A model generated the notes under the pieces. That model worked only from the letters and a program-made list of their open reading frames with translations. It searched no databases and was not told the DNA's origin. Source: Felis catus (Eukaryota). From it: a stretch of 64,000 nt of DNA. Positions 13,016-25,880 of the stretch are shown one piece after another. The DNA is taken from assembly GCF_018350175.1 (NCBI RefSeq), contig NC_058377.1:61752001-61816000 (forward strand). Reading direction: 5' to 3'. Position numbers and translations under genes: made by a program. Numbering within the stretch: the first letter of the stretch is position 1; each line of letters opens with the position of its first letter.

Positions 13016-16000
13016 GGCATTCATGCTTTTAATCGCATGTATACTGTATTGCCACTTTTTGCATGAGAAAAGACGTTAAGACTTTTGGCTTCCAGATAAT
13101 TGGCATTATGGTTCCTGTCCTCCATATCTGAACTCATAATTTGATTACAAGTGACTCCCATCCTTGTTTTGTCTTCTTATGGGGAACATGGGGATGGAGG
13201 ATGTAGATGGAGGGAAAAGAGGAAATCGGGGACTGGAGAGGGCAGCTCCCTTCTCTGAGATGGGGCTCTGGGCCAGACATCAAGATTAGGGGAAAGGCAA
13301 CGAGATGGGAAGAACTCTCACTTCACCAAAGGGACGGCCTGCTCTCCTCTAGTTTGAACTCATTCCTCATTTCAGGGAGAAGGGTTGGGAGTTCCCACAT
13401 ACAAGTGGGTAAAATGCTTTCTCAAGAACTCTGTTTCAGTCCGCATTCCTAGCTGGTCTGCTTGTCCTTCCATATGCCTACACGTATAAACAACCAATCA
13501 CTCTCCTAGCAACGGAGGTTAAGTAAAAGCCAGGACATAGACAGAGACCTTAGGGACTGCTGTTCAAACCCCCAGATCCCCCACGTCAAGGATTCAAATA
13601 AAGATAAAAAAAGATGAAAAAAGGGAGGCACAAAGGGAAGGAGGGGTGCAGAGAGGGAGGAACAATGAGTGACCTAAATCAGGAATGGACCCTGAAGACC
13701 AGCTTCTGAAGTCAATGTTCCTACCTGCCAGAATTTTGTGCAGACCATGAAAAGAATGGCATTATGACTAAATCCTTAATAAGGCTCAGGGTTGCAGATT
13801 CATGCCTATGGAATGAAGAATGAAAGAAAAAAATTCAGGTCAGTGAGGGTATGTAATGAATTTTCTCTCTGACATCTCACTGCAGGTATCAAAGTAGAGA
13901 GGACAGGAAATAGGGAGCTGATTTCTTGGCAAAGAGAACCTGATAGTATTCTCTGTCAAGGATATGTGGAGAAGAGACACGGGTCTTTAAGACTCTCCAA
14001 CATCTATAAAATCTGATTTCTTTAAGGATTACCTCCTCAGATGTATCTAAGAAGGCCAAGAATCCAGACAGATTATGGAACACATGAGGCAAAGAAGACT
14101 TATGGGAACAAACCAAATGGTAGGTGTAAGCTTGGGGATAAATTACGCATTTCTAATTCTTGTTCTCCCCATGCCTGCACCTGTAGCCTCTCTGGCCTCT
14201 GTTCTAGCCCTGTGATTTTCTGCATGGACTTTTCCCCTACAAATCCAGAAAACTGACGGGGTTAGAATCTCTTGAAAAGTGTGAGAAAGGGTAGCTTTGT
14301 AATTATAAGAGCTTCAGACACTTCCTGGAGAATAGTCCCTACCATGCAAGACTGTTAAACCAAGTCAAAGTTAATCTTGGATGGAGTGTGGGAAGTGTGT
14401 GCCATTAGATTAGAGACGGCTGTTTGCATAGCTGTGTATCTTCAGCACCTGGAAAAGTCCAGTGCAATAGGCATTCAATTGAGGATAGGGTACAGTTTTT
14501 TCTCTTCATATCCCTTATAACACAACCCTGAGGTCATCTCGCTGGGGATACACAACGATGTATTCAGAATCAATCAACCACTTAGGAGGGCGTACCAAGC
14601 AATCCACATGCTTTGATGATTTGATACCCTGCTCAAAATCAGGCATGTAAGATGGTCAGAAAATCAATTTGTTTGTGTCAGCAAACCAATCATTCAGTGA
14701 CTAGAAAAGAAAACAAATCATGTGCAAGGCATTCTGCTGAGAAGTATGTATTGAGAATGGAGCCCTGCAGATAGAATAAATAGAAGAATGGATTATAAAT
14801 GTGAACTATTCAGAAAAGAATGGTAACAGAGAAAGGTTAGGAGATTTTAAAAAAAGGAGGAGAGATTAAGTATTTATGGTACAGGAAGTGTCAGGAAAAG
14901 GGGAGGAAAAGAGTCTAAGGGAAATTGAGGGAGCATGTGAAAGATAAAAATCTGAGCAGGATCTCTGGGGTGTCTTACAGAGCCCACAGTTCATGTATCA
15001 GGGTTTGAGACTTTGGGAATTAGCTTCTCATCAAGGAAAACCCAGGTCCACTCTAAGATTCTGGGAGATGATAGGTGGCTGCAGGGATGAGGCAAAAGTC
15101 TAAGATTTTTAACCCCCCAACATTTACAGATAACCTCGTGTCCAACAAAAATAACTCTGAGCAAATTAAGTAAAAATGTTCAGATTTTCAGTATGAATAC
15201 ATAGTAGAGAGTCAGTAAGCTTGGTTGTACCCGAAATTACTACATAGATTTCACCATTCCTAGAGTCTTTCTAATTAATCCACAGTGCATAAACAGGACT
15301 GTGCCACTGGCTGACTGTATCACCTTGGACACAACCAATATGACTGTAGACTGGGGAAAGAGACTGCTATAAAGATTCTACTCCCCCACTGCCCCCAAAA
15401 TGAGGCACATGTAGTGTCCTAGTGTCTTGATACATAACGGAAACTCAGCAATGATGTATTGCTTACATTCCCTTTTTGAAGCTATCTCCCCTGTCTGGTG
15501 CCCCCACTTCTGCTTCTTTAACATCACATAAGCTGAGTATTGTCCAAGCCTTTCACTCACAGGCAGCAGTCGGCTATTCCTCCTCCTCCCCCTATGAAGA
15601 CAGAGTTGCTTTTCCCTCAACCTACTCCAGTCCCTGGGCTCCAGGCTTTCGCAACTTGCAGAAGTCCCCACCCTCACTCACCACCCTCCTTCTCTCCTCT
15701 CTCTCTCCACCCCAAACACCATCTTTTATCTACTGTTCAAGTGAACTCTAGTTTAGTATTTTCAGATACAGCCATACCCAGCCTCCTCAAAACCCCCATC
15801 ATCTTATATTGGTTCCCCAGGCTTAAGAAACTTGACACGTCTCAGAGTAAGTGGATAATCAGAGTAAGTGGATAATCATGGTGTGTAGCCACCAGGAAGA
15901 GAGTGAAGAGGCTCTTCTCCATAAAAATAACACCAGAACTTCAAAAGTGAAGAACAATTTACCCCTTGCAAAGCACTTTCTTACTGGCAATCCCATTCCA

Positions 16001-16060
16001 TTTTCACAACCTGTGTCAAGAGCATCACTGGGCAAGACAGAAATTGCCAGTACCATTTAA

Positions 16061-16274
16061 TTTTTTTTTAACATTTATTTATTTTTGAGACAGAGAGAGA
16101 CAGAGCATGAACGGGGGAGGGTCAGAGAGAGAGAGGGAGACACAGAATCCAAAACAGGCTCCAGGCTCTGAGCGGTCAGCACAGAGCCCAATGCGGGGTT
16201 TGAACTCACGGACCGCAAGATCATGACCTGAGCTGAAGTAGGACGCTTAACCGACTGAGCCACCCAGGCGCCCC
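16061..16274 (-). mobile_element. CanSINE with 15-bp TSD
   Basis: TSD GCCAGTAC(C/T)ATTTAA at 16046-16060 and 16275-16289. Confidence 0.95.
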
Positions 16275-17579
16275 GCCAGTACTATTTAAAGATCATGAAA
16301 CCACAGCCCAAGATTAAATAACTTTCCCAATATTATTATTGTTACAAAGTAGCAGAACTGGAATAACAAATGCTTCCGGAGGTAAAAACTCAATAATCTT
16401 ATACACCTTTTTTCATGGGCAAAAAGATGTCCTAGGATTCATATATCAAATTCACAGCAAGATGTTCTTTTCAAAGCATGTGAGATACACAGTCCCTACC
16501 AACCAGAGTAGAAGGTGGCTCTCCTTTTCTCTGAATGATGCCACCAATGCATGTTTGTTTGTTTTTTTACTCCTAGAGTTTGGCTACGTATACCAGGTGA
16601 TGCCTGAAATTTGAATGTCACAGAGCCTTCTCACTTTTGTTAAATCTCATCACACTCCACAGTTTGTAAAAAATTTTCTTCTTGAACTTGCCTAGATAAC
16701 GGATTTCTATCTTTGTACCTCCAGATAGGTGATATGTTAACAGTAATCTGTGCTGTTAACAAATAGTGCTCTCAAATGTTTGTCATTAAATCCCCTTTTT
16801 ATTGCTCATTTTTGTATCTACACTATAAAATTTTAAATTCTTTGAGGCACATCACATCAATAACCAAAGAATTATGATGTTAAGCAACATGGATTTTGAT
16901 GTCTATGTGTTGTGGAGATAAACACATATAATTTGCTCATATCATTTTTGTGATAAATGTGATATATGATATCATATCATTTTTCAAAAGTCTCTAGAGC
17001 TTCAGGTTTTTTCCTCCAGACATAATGAGTATTGATCATTCCCTCAAATCAACTAAGTCTATTTGATTGACTGATTGATTGATTGATTGATTATTTATTT
17101 GTTTGTTTTGCTATTGATGTTCATACTTGCTCTTCTTGGCATTAATTCTCCTCTGATCTTTCAGGTTTCATACTTTCTGAGAAATATCACAAGTGAAGAT
17201 AAAGAGCACATTGAAAAATACACTGTAAGTTCCAACACTATCATAGCACTATTCAAATATACTGATGTCTTCTTGCATTCTGCCTTTATTTTCTCGGTTA
17301 TATAATTTATAAGGACATCAACTAGGTCTATTCTGTCGACATTGCTGTATTTCCTGTATGTTGTACAGTAGCAATGAATAATACATAGAGTTCCTTATAC
17401 ACTCTATTTTCCCATACCTAGAAATCTCCAAATAATGACTAAATTATCATCCTTGCTATCACTGGAAGTCAAGACTGATAAACATCTTATGAACAGGTAG
17501 CACACTCAAGGGCAACTTCTACAGAAGAGCTTCTACTGCATTACCTGAAGGGAGTATTTTCTTCTTTGCAAGGCTTGCA

Positions 17580-18518
17580 ATGTGGCTCAACACCACCACT
17601 TCCCTGTTTCTGCTTACTGGTTTCCCAGGCATGGAGAAGGCACACCACTGGATTTCCATACCATTATTAGGGGTTTACGTCTCCATACTTCTTGGTAATG
17701 GCACTCTTCTCTTTCTTATCAGGGATGATCATAACCTTCACGAGCCCATGTACTATTTCTTAGCTATGCTGGCAGCCACAGACCTTGGAGTGACTTTGAC
17801 CACGATGCCCACAGTTCTGGGCGTTCTATGGTTGAATCACAGAGAGATTGGCCATCAGGCCTGCTTCTCTCAGGCCTACTTTATCCACACTCTTTCTATC
17901 GTAGAATCTGGTGTTTTGCTTGCCATGGCCTATGACCGCTTCATTGCCATCCGCAACCCCTTGAGATATACTTCCATCCTTACCAACACCAAGGTAATGA
18001 AGATTGGGATGGGGGTATTGACAAGGGCTGGTCTGTCAATCATGCCAATAATTATCCGCCTCCACTGGTTTCCCTATTGTCGATCCCATGTACTCTCTCA
18101 TGCTTTCTGTCTACACCAAGATGTCATCAAGTTAGCTTGTGCTGACATCACCTTCAATCGTCTCTATCCAGTTGTGGTTGTATTTGCAATGGTCTTGTTG
18201 GACTTTCTTATCATCTTTTTCTCCTACTTTTTGATCCTTAAGACTGTCATGGGCATTGCTTCTGGAGAAGAAAGGGCCAAGGCCCTCAATACGTGCATTT
18301 CTCACATCTGCTGCATCCTGGTCTTCTATGTCACTGTAGTTGGTCTAACATTTATTCATAGGTTTGGAAAGCATGCTCCTCGTGTGGTCCACATCACAAT
18401 GAGCTACATCTACTTCCTTTTCCCCCCTTTTATGAATCCTGTTATATATAGCATTAAAACCAAGCAGATCCAGAGTGGTATAATTCGTTTATTCTCTCTG
18501 CCTAACTCTAGAGCATAA
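17580..18518 (+). CDS. OR51B6: Olfactory receptor 51B6, intact single coding exon, 312 aa
   Basis: OR motifs [48 protein letters not shown]. Closely matches recalled human OR51B6 ([20 protein letters not shown], RLFSLPxSRA). A pyrimidine tract plus AG at about 17557-17572 precedes the ATG. Confidence 0.93.
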   Translation: MWLNTTTSLFLLTGFPGMEKAHHWISIPLLGVYVSILLGNGTLLFLIRDDHNLHEPMYYFLAMLAATDLGVTLTTMPTVLGVLWLNHREIGHQACFSQAYFIHTLSIVESGVLLAMAYDRFIAIRNPLRYTSILTNTKVMKIGMGVLTRAGLSIMPIIIRLHWFPYCRSHVLSHAFCLHQDVIKLACADITFNRLYPVVVVFAMVLLDFLIIFFSYFLILKTVMGIASGEERAKALNTCISHICCILVFYVTVVGLTFIHRFGKHAPRVVHITMSYIYFLFPPFMNPVIYSIKTKQIQSGIIRLFSLPNSRA

Positions 18519-20030
18519 ATTTGACCCACTGCTCTCCAAGAATAACTCGGGGAACCTGGACGAACTGACAGCTTTGTTGTTAGGAGCAACTAGGGAAAGA
18601 CATGTCAGTGGAAACCTACCTCTCTCTGATATTCAGAATATCATTTCACATAGCCCATTTATTGCTAGATAGCAAATGGCATAATATATGTACATGATTA
18701 AGCACATCTCTCAGGTGTCCAACTGATTTATTCTTTTCAGAAGTAACTCACCCTGTTTAGTGGGCATAAGACACCTGATCACACAATTCTTGGATCTAGA
18801 CCATTGGTCTCTAAGTCAAAGCCCATTGTTTTTCCAAATGTTCTGCATGTCTTGGCTCTGATATACTTAGCAATGACACTCCTAATCTCAAACATTCATC
18901 TATTTTTTTTTTGCTAATATGGAAATAGCTGCTATTTCTAGAAAACTGCACTAAGTGAAATGATGAGCCTTACCCAATCCTCAGTTCAATATGGCAACTC
19001 TAGGGAAGCTATATGTAAGTCTGTCCAGTTAAATGTTTGATAAATATTTATTAGATGTTATTATTATTAATAACATATATGTAAACATATGTAAAAATAT
19101 AATAACACAGAGATAATTCCTAACCCAGATGAACATTATCTTGATGAGCTAGTTCTAGATACAGGGGAGTAGAGATATATATTTTCAAATAGTAAAATGG
19201 TATTAAAGTTCCAGCTTGGCAATCTACCACAGATAAGACTAGACTGAAGGAATGTTAAAAATACCAGAATTGACAAATAGTTGGTCATATGTGTGAATGG
19301 GGAGGAGGGAGGCAATGCCTGTGACAAGAAGAAAATGGTCTTTCTTGGTTCCAAATAGCTATGAAAGTTTATTTTGGTCACAGTCTAGACATGGGGAAGA
19401 GTTCATGGTCCTGTGGCCAGCTGAAGAGTAGTACACATGACTCAGGTGACAGGTTTTAAAGTGAATCAGAAAAGATGTTCTTATGAACAGAAGATTGAAT
19501 ACGAAATGCTAGGATCATACAAGGTGCCACCCAGTGACTAGTCACTTCCCTTCACATAGAGGGAGCCTATCACTGGGCTTTGTCATGCTGGCATTCAAAG
19601 TGGTCTCGGACTCCTGCCCCTACTCTTGCTCATACGAAGGTAAGAATTTTCCAGAACTCCTGGGATTTCTGAGTAGCATGGAAAAAACAAACATGAAACC
19701 AGACCTTTAGAGCAGTTTCCAGGTTCATAAATAATCTCTACCAGATCAGCTCAATGGACTGTTTCTTTGTTCATTCATTCATTCATTCATTCATTCATTT
19801 TTATTCAATTCAGCTGTGTATCTGGTCTGGATGACATTTGTCTCTCTCCTTTCATAGTTTATAGACAGTGTGCTCCAGGAGGACAATGATATTATAGGTC
19901 TTATTTCCTACTCTATTATAGAAACTGCCACATGGAAAATCCTTAATAAAATACAAGTTTTTGATCAAATGAGTAAAACTTAAAGTGACCCACGTTTCTA
20001 TGTGTCTGTTGGTTTGCTGGTTCTTCTTCT

Positions 20031-20251
20031 ATTTTTTTAATATTTATTTATTTATTTTGAGAGAGATGGTATGTGTGCATGGGAGGAGTGAGGGGCAGAG
20101 AGAGACGGAGATCGAGAATCCTAAGCAGGCTCCATGCTGTCAGCACAGGGCCCTAAACGGGGCTCAAACGTACGAACCTGAACTGTGAGATCATGACCTG
20201 AGTTGAAATCAAGAGTTGGATGCTCAGTCGATTGAGCCACCCAGGCACCCC
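20031..20251 (-). mobile_element. CanSINE
   Basis: Ends gagccacccaggcacccc. Confidence 0.9.
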
Positions 20252-22605
20252 GGCTTTTCTGATTATTTTTCTGAATCTGCATGTCCTCTGAATGTCTCTG
20301 TTATTATGCCCTGTAATGTCTTCCAATATTTGGGCATCTAAGTTGTATTCTCATGGAACACCCTCAAAAATATAAATAAGCTCACAACTCTTTATGCCAC
20401 GATGCATCCTTTCTCTGTACTCTCGGGAATCAACTCAGAGGATCTAAACTCCATCAAAGGAAATCTTTCTTGACTTTCTCTCTAGGCCCAATGATCCTGG
20501 AGCCTTCCATAGCAGACTAATATAAAGGGCATTAGGATAACAATATCTTTTAGAAAGTCTTCAAATGGCTGCATTTGATTGACACCTCCAAAAGTTTCTC
20601 TCTTCCCTTTCTGTCCTTCCTTATGTTGCAGAGATGGTATGGCGAGATCTGAGAAAGAGCTCATAAGAAATATAGGACTGGGAAGTCAGTTTCTTTTTGA
20701 TGGAGGTGAGTTCTATGAAACAGAGCAGAGTTCTGGGATCACAATGGTCCCAGTTGAACACCTGGGCCAAGGGAGTTAGGGTAGGGAAATTTTCCTAATA
20801 GAGCAATTTAATGCCCTACTCTGGTCCTTTTATCCACATATGTTTCACTGTAAAGGCAAAGTCCTGGGAGTTCTCCAAAAAAAAAAAAAAAAAAAAGCAA
20901 AAAGTCCATCCTCTCTAACTTTTCTTCCCTACTAGTATGTGATGCTTAAAATTAATCACCTTTCTGGTGACAAGGCTAGACCCAAACAAGGATACAGCTT
21001 GAGACCTTGGGGCACCACTGTTCCAAAGCTCCAAAGCTGGGAGAACAAAGAAGGGAAGAGGCATAAATGGGCCTTGGGGAGGATCTTCTGAAACAAATGC
21101 TCCTTGAAGCTTGGCTTCTGGGTATGATCTAAAGAGGAGGTGTTGAAGCCAAGACTTTGGCCAGGCTTAGGGGTCTAGGGTCACATCTATGGCACCGATG
21201 AACAAAAAACTCATGAACAGGTCAATAAGAAGCTCCAGTGTTTCTTGTCCTGGAAGGCTCAGCATAGGGAACAAGTCATGGGTAGGGTATAGAGAGTTGG
21301 TTTAATGAAACTTACAGAGAAAAGCAGCAATATGTCAGTCAAGACGTGATGAGGCATAAGAATGTATCCCAAAGACTCCCCTCAAAACTGGGCTCCCAAA
21401 TAATCTTTTCTTACAGATTTTTGGAATAGAGGAAAGCCAAAATCTGTCTTCCTTACTAGGCAGATGTAATTGGGAAGAAAAAAGCAAAAGACCTGTGGGA
21501 ATAGAGGCAGATAGCTCTAGAATAATTCAGGACTCTGGGATAGATTATCTATTTCCCTTGTTGCTCTCTTCAGCTATTTTTATGAACTTCCTCTTGACCC
21601 CTGTCAGTGCCACCAGGTATTTACCACCACCCACCACCCCGCCACCCAAAGCCTAAATCAGGTTGAGGAGGGGAGGCACTATAATGACCATGGGTATAGA
21701 CTAACAGAACAAAAAAAAAAAACAAAAAAACAAAAAAACTTGCCAAATAGACCAGCCTCAGATTAAAGCAGAGGCAGACTTTACAGAATCTGACATTAGA
21801 CACTTTACTTTAAATTGCTGCGTATTCCCAGAAGTGGGCCTATTGTCCATCAGGAGCTAAGTGTGCACATTCTGTAACTAAAGGCAGAGTAGAGCTTCTT
21901 TGTTCATTCCCTTCTTTATGAGCTATAGGCACTGTAGATTTGCAGGATCTCAAACCCCACACAGATAGAGAGCTATAGTGGATCTGGTGCTGGGGTAGGG
22001 GAAGGTGGTCACCATTTTTATCAGCAAGGGATGCTGGTAAAAAGGGAAAAAAGCTGGATGATTTGGGTAGAAAGCCATTCAGAGCCAGTATTCACTGGTA
22101 TGAAAGTCAAGAATTTCAGTTCATGGCTTGGGAAAATAGAACTATTATGCACTGAGCCATATAATGAGAATTTGGTGATTAATTTGCATCTACTATTGCA
22201 CACCATGTATGAGAACAGATGGTATCGCTCGGTCCAAATTACATTGTCAGACAGTAGAGAGGATGGGATGTCAGAAAATCGGATGATAAGAAGAAAGGTT
22301 ACAAAGCAGACAGGGATTGGGGAAATGAAACAAAAGGGAGAAGGATCCAAAAGCAAGGCAAATGTGAAGTCTGTTATGTGAATGTCTGGGTGGTGTTCCT
22401 CCGTGAGAAGTCACATGAGAGAAGAGAGACTCAGAGTGTCTTCTTGAAGCCGCCACATTTTTGGATTAGAATGATTAGTTTGGGGAAACAGTTTTTCATC
22501 AATCCAAGATCTTAAGGGCTCCCCAGGAGTGGACACCCCTGTGAGTTGATGTATAAACTTTTCAAGGTCATGAGGCAAGAGTTGTCGAGTTACAGTTCTT
22601 TGCAG

Positions 22606-22994
22606 TGTTAAAAATGATTAAAGAAGACCATGTAGGGGACACAAACAAACTTTATTTAACACATCACGAAGTGGAGTCTCTACCTGGAGAACTGCAATAT
22701 GGGAGGGGAGGTGGGAAAGCAGAAGTGTTTTATAGGATGAAGAATAAAGAACAAAGAATAAGGAAGAGACAAATACCTTGAGAAAATATCTTGTCTGCAG
22801 TCACCTAGGCAGCCTTGTGTGGGGTGAGAAAGCTCAGAGTTGGCTTGGAGTTTGGGGCCTGCCTGACTGGATACACTGCATGTATGGTCAAGTGCAGTGT
22901 TTACAGGGACTGAAAGTTGTCTAAGTTTGGTGTTACTGATGTGGCACCACTGGGCAGGAGAGCTCCATTTTGTGCCTGGAAAATTATTTCAACA
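22606..22994 (-). mobile_element. Solo ERV1-type LTR, 389 bp
   Basis: TGTTAAAAAT...ATTTCAACA inverted termini, 4-bp flanks GCAG/GCAC, and a minus-strand AATAAA near 22650. Confidence 0.65.
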
Positions 22995-24387
22995 GCACGA
23001 AACTATGTCATTGAGTACATATCCTAATTACCAATTAAGTGAAAAATGGGGAAAGTAAGATGTTTGTGGACATTCTATTAAAAAATAGGCACACTGGCCA
23101 CACATCCAGGCCACGTCTGCTGTATAATAGGTAGGAAGCAGTTATGCTCTCCAGCTGGGTCTTCCCCCGCTGTCTGGCTCCCCCACCCATCTGGGTCTCA
23201 CTCAGCATGTCAGAGGAAAGAGACCTGGCTAGACTTGTGACAATAGGCAACTCAGACCCATCCCTGCCAAAACCAAGTTTCTTTTTTTGTGTTTTGGTTT
23301 TCACATTCTGCTTCTCCCAGCTCTACCGGGACGATGTTCGCCTCACCCCCACTCCCATGTGAAGCCCAAGGTTGCAGGCTTCCCTCAGCCTAGTTGGTGC
23401 TTACCAAAGTGCCCTTCCCCTTTTCCCACCCACCCCCCATCCTGTCCCAGACACCAGGAACCTTCACTAGCCTCTAACTATTCTCAGTCACTGTCATCTT
23501 AAGGCTTCTTAAATCCCTATTATCTTATACCTCTTCTCCAAATGTTTTGAGCAAATTGGAATGACTCAGCATACCTGAGTGTGAGTGATGCTGGCCTTCC
23601 TCAGCCAAACAAATTCAGAACGGCCTTCTGATTAAGCGTATCCCAAACCCATCACAGAGGCACAGTGTCGTCGCCCCACTTACAAAGTCCACTCCCGGAT
23701 GATACTGCATTAAGTCCTCACAGGTCAAGGGACACTTAATTCTCATTTATTTTTCAGAGGAGGATCACAGGCTGAGGGAGTAGAAGGGGTCTACCCAAAT
23801 TACATGGCTAAAGATTGGAGGAGCTGGAATGTCAGCTAAGGAATTACCTGAAAGTGAGTCTGGAGGTCTCAGAGGCTTCATACAAATATGAGATGAACTC
23901 ACTCTAGAATATTCTTCTTAATGCTCATGGTGATATACTGGTATTTACCCATGTCCTAGCTTATCCCAACACTGATAGAAGTATTTACAAAGCATAGATG
24001 CTTAAATGTTTTTGAGCTTTACTTTGTGGCAAGAAGGCCACCAGGGTAGCCCTTTGGTATGACTTTTTGAAACCAATAAAACCTCTACAGTCTAATCATT
24101 TGTTACTCCCATCTTGAGTTCTCTTACTGCATTGAGCACAAATTATTTCTTCAAGCCCATTCTTGCCTCAGGAATTTCTCCTCTGCTTTTCCCTCAGGGT
24201 GAAAATACCCTTCCTTTTTACCTGATTCCCATGTACCTGTCAGATGTTACATGCTCTGGGAAGCTTTCTTTGACCATGCCCAAACCTTGCCAGATTTAAT
24301 AAAGTAAGCCATGCTCCCACAGAGTTCTGTAAATCTTCTATTATAATTTTCATATTGCTGTTATTCCTCTTTCATTCTCTGAATCTA

Positions 24388-24645
24388 TTTTTTAATATAA
24401 TTTGTTGTCAAATTTGCTTATATATAACACCCAGTGCTCATCCCCATAAGTGCCCTCCTCCATGCCCATCATCCATTTTCCCCTCTCCCCCACCCCTCTA
24501 TCTACCCTCAGTTTGTTCTTTGTATTTAAGAGTCTCTAATGGTTTGCCTGCCTCCCTCTCTGTTTGTAGCTATTTTCCCCCTTCCCCTCCCCCATGGTCT
24601 TCTGTTAAGTTTCTCAAGATCCACATATGAGTGAAAACATATGAC
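24388..24645 (-). mobile_element. Severely 5'-truncated carnivore/felid L1 3'UTR insertion
   Basis: ataacacccagtgctcatccc...ccacatatgagtgaaaacatatg; perfect TSD CTCTGAATCTA at 24377-24387 and 24646-24656. Confidence 0.85.
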
Positions 24646-24947
24646 CTCTGAATCTACTTCAAGCTATAAGGACAAGAACCAGTTCTATCTCATAAACTAC
24701 TATATCCATGCTGCCTAGTACATTGCCTGGCACATATGTTAAACACTGATTTGCAGTTGTTGATCGGATTACTTTTTCCCCCCTATCTCTAAGGCTTTCC
24801 TAAGAAAGAATGTTTTATTTCTCTGGAGTCACTACAGTTTAGGGAAGAGCTACAGGAAGTAAAAAAGTAGAAGTGGCTAAAGAAGAATGTCTGAAGACCT
24901 AACGTGGTCTTTCCTAAACAGAAGATTCACCTACTGTAATGCCCATT

Positions 24948-25880
24948 ATGGAGCTCAACACCAGTGCCCCACCCTTTCTGCTGACCGGCTTCGTGGGCCT
25001 GGAAAAGGCTCACCACTGGATCTCTATCCCGTTATCTGTCATCTAGATTGCCATACTTCATGGCAATGGCATTCTCCTATTTCTCATCAGGGTTGACCAT
25101 AACCTCCACGAGCCCATGTACTATTTCTTAGCCATGCTGGCAACCACAGACCTTGGGATGACCCTGGTTACAATGCCTACAGGGCTGTGTGTGATGTGGA
25201 CAAATCATAGGGAAATCAGCCATGGTTCCTGCTTTTGCCAAGCCTGCTTCATCCACACTTTCTCTGTCATACAGTCTGGGATTTTGCTTGCCAAGGCCTA
25301 TGATCAGTTTGTTGCCATCCACAACCCACTGAGATATACTTCCATTCTTACCAACACCCAAATGATAAAGATTGGAGTGGGGGTTTTCATGAAGGGATTT
25401 ACAGTCATCTTGCCTCCAATATTCCCTCTCGATTGGTTTTCCTATTGCAGGTCCCAGTTCTTCTCTCATGCATTCTGCCTCCACCAGGATGTCATCAAAT
25501 TAGCCTGTGCTGACATCACCTTCAATTGCCTATATCCTATTGTGATGGTATTTTCTATGGTCCTAATGGACTGCCTGATAATCTTTTGCTTCTATATTTT
25601 GATTCTCAAAACTGTCATGAGTATTGCATCTGGAGAGGAGGGGTCCAAGGCACTCAACAAATGTGCCTCCCACATCTGCTGTATCTTGGTCTTCTATGTC
25701 ACTGTTTTGGTTTGACATTCATCTACCGATTTGGGAAGAAATGGTCCCCATCTAGTACACATCACAAATAGCTACATCTACTTCCTTTCCCTTCTTTTAT
25801 GAACCCTGTCATCTGTAGTATTAAAACTAAGCAGATTCGCAATAGTATTCTCCAGTTCCCATCAAGAACATGGTATTTAC
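24948..25880 (+). pseudogene. OR51B-subfamily pseudogene (paralog of OR51B6/B5)
   Basis: ATG 24948 gives [32 protein letters not shown], then an in-frame TAG at 25044-25046. The frame continues into ORF 25116-25715 with MAYDR degraded to KAYDQ. One-base frameshifts relative to OR51B6 occur near 25706, 25740 and 25788. A residual MNPVICSIKTKQIR follows. The 3' end is approximate. Confidence 0.92.

Noticed and set aside
25116-25715. 199-aa ORF as a functional short receptor
   Set aside because: Internal fragment of the pseudogene; it lacks TM1, TM7 and the DRY-equivalent arginine.
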